DNA from: a virus
Lineage: Duplodnaviria; Caudoviricetes
Direction: 5' to 3' (one strand)
Length of the DNA: 26,584 nucleotides
IMG/VR virus record: IMGVR_UViG_3300017700_000779
Coordinates: 1-26,584 of that record
Both the position numbers and the translations under genes were made by a program. The notes beneath the pieces are model-generated. The model was given only the letters and a program-made list of their open reading frames with translations, made no database searches and was not told where the DNA came from. This document shows positions 24,124 to 26,584 of this stretch, piece after piece (position 1 is the first letter of the stretch; every line of letters starts with the position of its first letter).

Positions 24124-24405
24124 ATGACCTTCGGGCTGGCGCTGGATGCGATGAAGTCCGGCAAGAAAGTGGCCCGCGTCGGCTGGAATGGTAACGGCCA
24201 GTGGATTTGCTGGGCCGAAGGTAATCCGGCTTTGCCTGCGGATCAATTCTGGAACCCGCACACCAATGCGTTCGCTCTGACCAATGGTGGTACAGCGGTG
24301 GTCCTGCCGTACTTCATCCTGAAAAACGCTCAGGGCCAAATCATGATGGGCTGGGCACCGTCCCAATCCGATGCGATGGCCGAAGACTGGGTAATCGTAC
24401 TTTAA
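24124..24405 (+). CDS. tad2: DUF2829 / Thoeris anti-defence Tad2-like sponge domain
   Basis: MTFGLALDAMKSGKKVARVGWNG...PYFILKNAQG...WAPSQSDAMAEDW is the DUF2829 signature. Confidence 0.75.
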   Translation: MTFGLALDAMKSGKKVARVGWNGNGQWICWAEGNPALPADQFWNPHTNAFALTNGGTAVVLPYFILKNAQGQIMMGWAPSQSDAMAEDWVIVL

Positions 24406-24438
24406 TCAACGGGGCTTCGGCCCTATCAAGGAAATGTC

Positions 24439-25524
24439 ATGACCCATAAAGTCGACTTAGTAATGGACTTCCAGTACGGCAGCACAGGCAAGGGCCTGAT
24501 TGCCGGTTATCTGGCCAAGCGGGGCGATTACGATACCGTTATCTGCGCCTTTGCTACCAATGCGGGCCACACGTACATCGACAAGGAAGAGGGCATCCAC
24601 GTGATGACCCAACAATTGCCGACCGCCGCCGTTGTCTCCAAGACCGTCAAGAATATCTTGCTCGGGCCGGGTTCGCTGATCCACATGGCAACCCTGCTCC
24701 ATGAACTTGAACAAAACAAGGAACGCCTCGCCGGTAAGCGTCTGATGATCCATCCCCAAGCTGCTGTGGTCGAAGGCTACCACGCTGAACAGGAACGGGA
24801 AATGGGCATGTCGAAGATCGGCAGCACCACGAAAGGCGTCGGGGCCGCTATGATCGAACGCATCAAGCGCGACCCCGAGTACGCCAATACAGTCGCTGTT
24901 CGCTGGAAAGGGACCGCCTTTGAACAATACGTGGTCACCGAAGAAGAATACCGGCAGGCGTTGCTTGACGCCGAGAACGTACTTATCGAAGGCGCGCAGG
25001 GATTCAGCCTGTCGTTGTATCACGGTCAGTACCCTTACACCACCAGCCGGGACGTGACCCCATGGCAGATCTTGGCCGATTGTGGCGTGCCTTACCGCTG
25101 GGCTTCTTACGTTCATGTGATCGGCACCGCCCGCACTTACCCGATCCGGGTTAATAACCGTGATGGCTCCAGCGGCCCGAACTACCCGGACCAAGTCGAA
25201 TTGGACTGGGATCAGATCAATAACGGAACTATCGCCGCCGAGTTGACCACGGTCACCAAGCTCAAGCGCCGGATTTTCACGTTCAGCCAGAAACAGATCC
25301 AAGAAGCGCTGTTCCATTGCGGCGGCTATTGGGATACCCGTATTTTCCTGAACTTCGCCAATTACTGTGCCTCGGGCGCGGAATTGCGTGACATCGTGGC
25401 CAAAATCGAAGAGCCGGGGCCGCTGAACTGGAACGCCCCCCGGGTAGCATGGATCGGGTACGGGGCCGACGACGCCGATATTGTCGCTATCCCAGATCCG
25501 AAGCGGCCAGCGATCCTGCCATGA
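24439..25524 (+). CDS. purZ: PurZ, N6-succino-2-amino-2'-deoxyadenylate synthase
   Basis: PurA fold with DFQYGSTGKG (Ser in place of the PurA catalytic Asp of GDEGKG), NAGHT, EGAQGFSLS, YPYTTSRD, RTYPIRV, TTVTKLKRRIFTFS and FLNFANY. 361 aa, followed by MazG-like and HD genes. Confidence 0.95.
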   Translation: MTHKVDLVMDFQYGSTGKGLIAGYLAKRGDYDTVICAFATNAGHTYIDKEEGIHVMTQQLPTAAVVSKTVKNILLGPGSLIHMATLLHELEQNKERLAGKRLMIHPQAAVVEGYHAEQEREMGMSKIGSTTKGVGAAMIERIKRDPEYANTVAVRWKGTAFEQYVVTEEEYRQALLDAENVLIEGAQGFSLSLYHGQYPYTTSRDVTPWQILADCGVPYRWASYVHVIGTARTYPIRVNNRDGSSGPNYPDQVELDWDQINNGTIAAELTTVTKLKRRIFTFSQKQIQEALFHCGGYWDTRIFLNFANYCASGAELRDIVAKIEEPGPLNWNAPRVAWIGYGADDADIVAIPDPKRPAILP

Positions 25525-25793
25525 GCATCATCGTTCATGACGTACCGCCCGAGATCAGTAAGAAGACTGTGGATGAACTCCGCAGCTATTTCTGCTGTGA
25601 ATCGGTTGTTATCGCTGATGACTTCGACCCCTTCCCGCTCTCCAAGAAGCAGGTCGATGAATTCAAGGACGGGACTATCCTGTTCCTTACTGACATTAAC
25701 CCGGAAATTAACGGCTATCACGGCCACTATAACCGGGTCTTCCCATTTCACTTGGCGGTTGCCGCCGCAGGAGTCCCAAGCCATGCGAATTGA
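25521..25793 (+). CDS. 90-aa hypothetical protein inside the Z cluster
   Basis: Start MSIIVHD at an ATGA overlap with the purZ stop. 3' end overlaps the mazZ start. Confidence 0.55.
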   Translation: MSIIVHDVPPEISKKTVDELRSYFCCESVVIADDFDPFPLSKKQVDEFKDGTILFLTDINPEINGYHGHYNRVFPFHLAVAAAGVPSHAN

Positions 25794-26076
25794 TACCCTC
25801 GCCTCCCAGATCGAGCAGCAGGCTAATTGCCTCTTCCCGAACCGTCCCGACACTTCGATGTTCCTCAAGATCTACCATGAGACATCCGAACTGATCGATG
25901 CTAATACCCCGGCCAAAAAGGCCGATGAACTGGCTGACTTGCTGATCATGCTTCTCGATTACGGTAGCCGCCAAGGCATCCAGATCGAGCAAGCCATCCT
26001 CAAGAAGATGGCTATCAACGATGCCCGTAAATGGACCACTAACGAACATGGAGTAAATCAACATGTTGAACAATAA
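25783..26076 (+). CDS. mazZ: MazG-like / DUF550 dNTP pyrophosphohydrolase (MazZ)
   Basis: Start MRIDTL after AGGAG. ExxE...DELAD metal-binding motif and KMAINDARKW tail. Lies between purZ and the HD gene. Confidence 0.85.
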   Translation: MRIDTLASQIEQQANCLFPNRPDTSMFLKIYHETSELIDANTPAKKADELADLLIMLLDYGSRQGIQIEQAILKKMAINDARKWTTNEHGVNQHVEQ

Positions 26077-26584
26077 CCCTAATCCCCACCTGCATTTGGC
26101 ATACGGGGACGAGCGTCATGCCGTGGAAACTGTTATGCGTATCCACGCAGTCAAGCGCTGGCACATGATCGACACCACCCGGCAACAAACGTTGGCCGAG
26201 CACAGCGCGAATGTGGCCTTGTTGGCAATGATGATTGCCGCGACTTCACCTATCTTCCTGTTCGATACCGCCGCCGTTGTCGCCACAGCTGCTCTGGTCC
26301 ATGATATCCCGGAAGCGTTCACGGGCGATATCCCGACCCACACCAAGAAGCACTTGACTGGGTTAGATGATCTGGAAGAGAGCGTTACCCATCCTATCTT
26401 CACAGTCGGGATCAGCCACGCCACCGCCCTCCTGATCAAAATCTGTGATCTTGCGGACGGTATCCGGTTTATCCGCCTACATGGGGTCGACCTGACTGCC
26501 CGCCACGCACGGGAGGGCCTCGAAGCTCAGTTCAAAAACAAACTCCGAGAGGCCCAGTTCGACCAATGCTGGCCAGAAGCAGCA
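26063..26584 (+). CDS. datZ: HD-domain dATP triphosphohydrolase (DatZ), 3'-truncated by the window edge
   Basis: Not in the ORF track. GGAG RBS and ATG at 26063. Translation contains VKRWHMIDTTRQQTLAEHS...ALVHDIPEAFTGDIPTHTK...IKICDLADG and stays open to the end. Confidence 0.88.
   Translation, partial: MLNNNPNPHLHLAYGDERHAVETVMRIHAVKRWHMIDTTRQQTLAEHSANVALLAMMIAATSPIFLFDTAAVVATAALVHDIPEAFTGDIPTHTKKHLTGLDDLEESVTHPIFTVGISHATALLIKICDLADGIRFIRLHGVDLTARHAREGLEAQFKNKLREAQFDQCWPEAA

Noticed and set aside
24439-25524. Ordinary adenylosuccinate synthetase purA
   Set aside because: The P-loop is GSTGKG rather than GDEGKG, the protein is short, and MazG-like and HD genes follow, all indicating purZ.
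1-26584. tRNA genes, integrase/repressor, lysis cassette, primase
   Set aside because: None recognised in this window. They may lie outside it, so lifestyle and host cannot be determined from this window alone.

Overview
The whole window is part of a dsDNA phage genome with two divergent arms. The left arm (minus strand, ~1-10213) is a P22-like podovirus morphogenesis operon: terS, terL, a GNAT, portal, scaffold, P22-type coat, a putative decoration protein, gp4-like adaptor, a 2OG-Fe(II) Asp/Asn-hydroxylase-like gene, a second GNAT and a gp7-like ejection protein. A ~1.2 kb repeat-rich non-coding region follows (10214-11404). The right arm (plus strand) carries two paralogous Lys/Ala-rich early proteins, small ORFs, an SNF2 helicase, a putative SSB, anti-defence sponge-like proteins and a Pol-beta-like nucleotidyltransferase. 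It ends in a 2-aminoadenine (Z-DNA) module: a DpoZ-like family A polymerase, purZ, an unknown ORF, mazZ (DUF550/MazG-like) and datZ (HD dATPase, running off the window). The phage therefore very probably replaces adenine with 2,6-diaminopurine. Signals not explained by the gene calls include two identical chromosomal-type parS palindromes (GTTCCACGTGGAAC) in intergenic DNA with no par genes in view, a shared promoter-spacer motif (TTGACRGGARGYATCG), an ATAG-N2-3-AATAGGA motif over several rightward ribosome-binding sites, a probably leaderless terS mRNA, several structured leaders, and two disrupted genes. All family assignments come from motif recognition by eye, without database searches.
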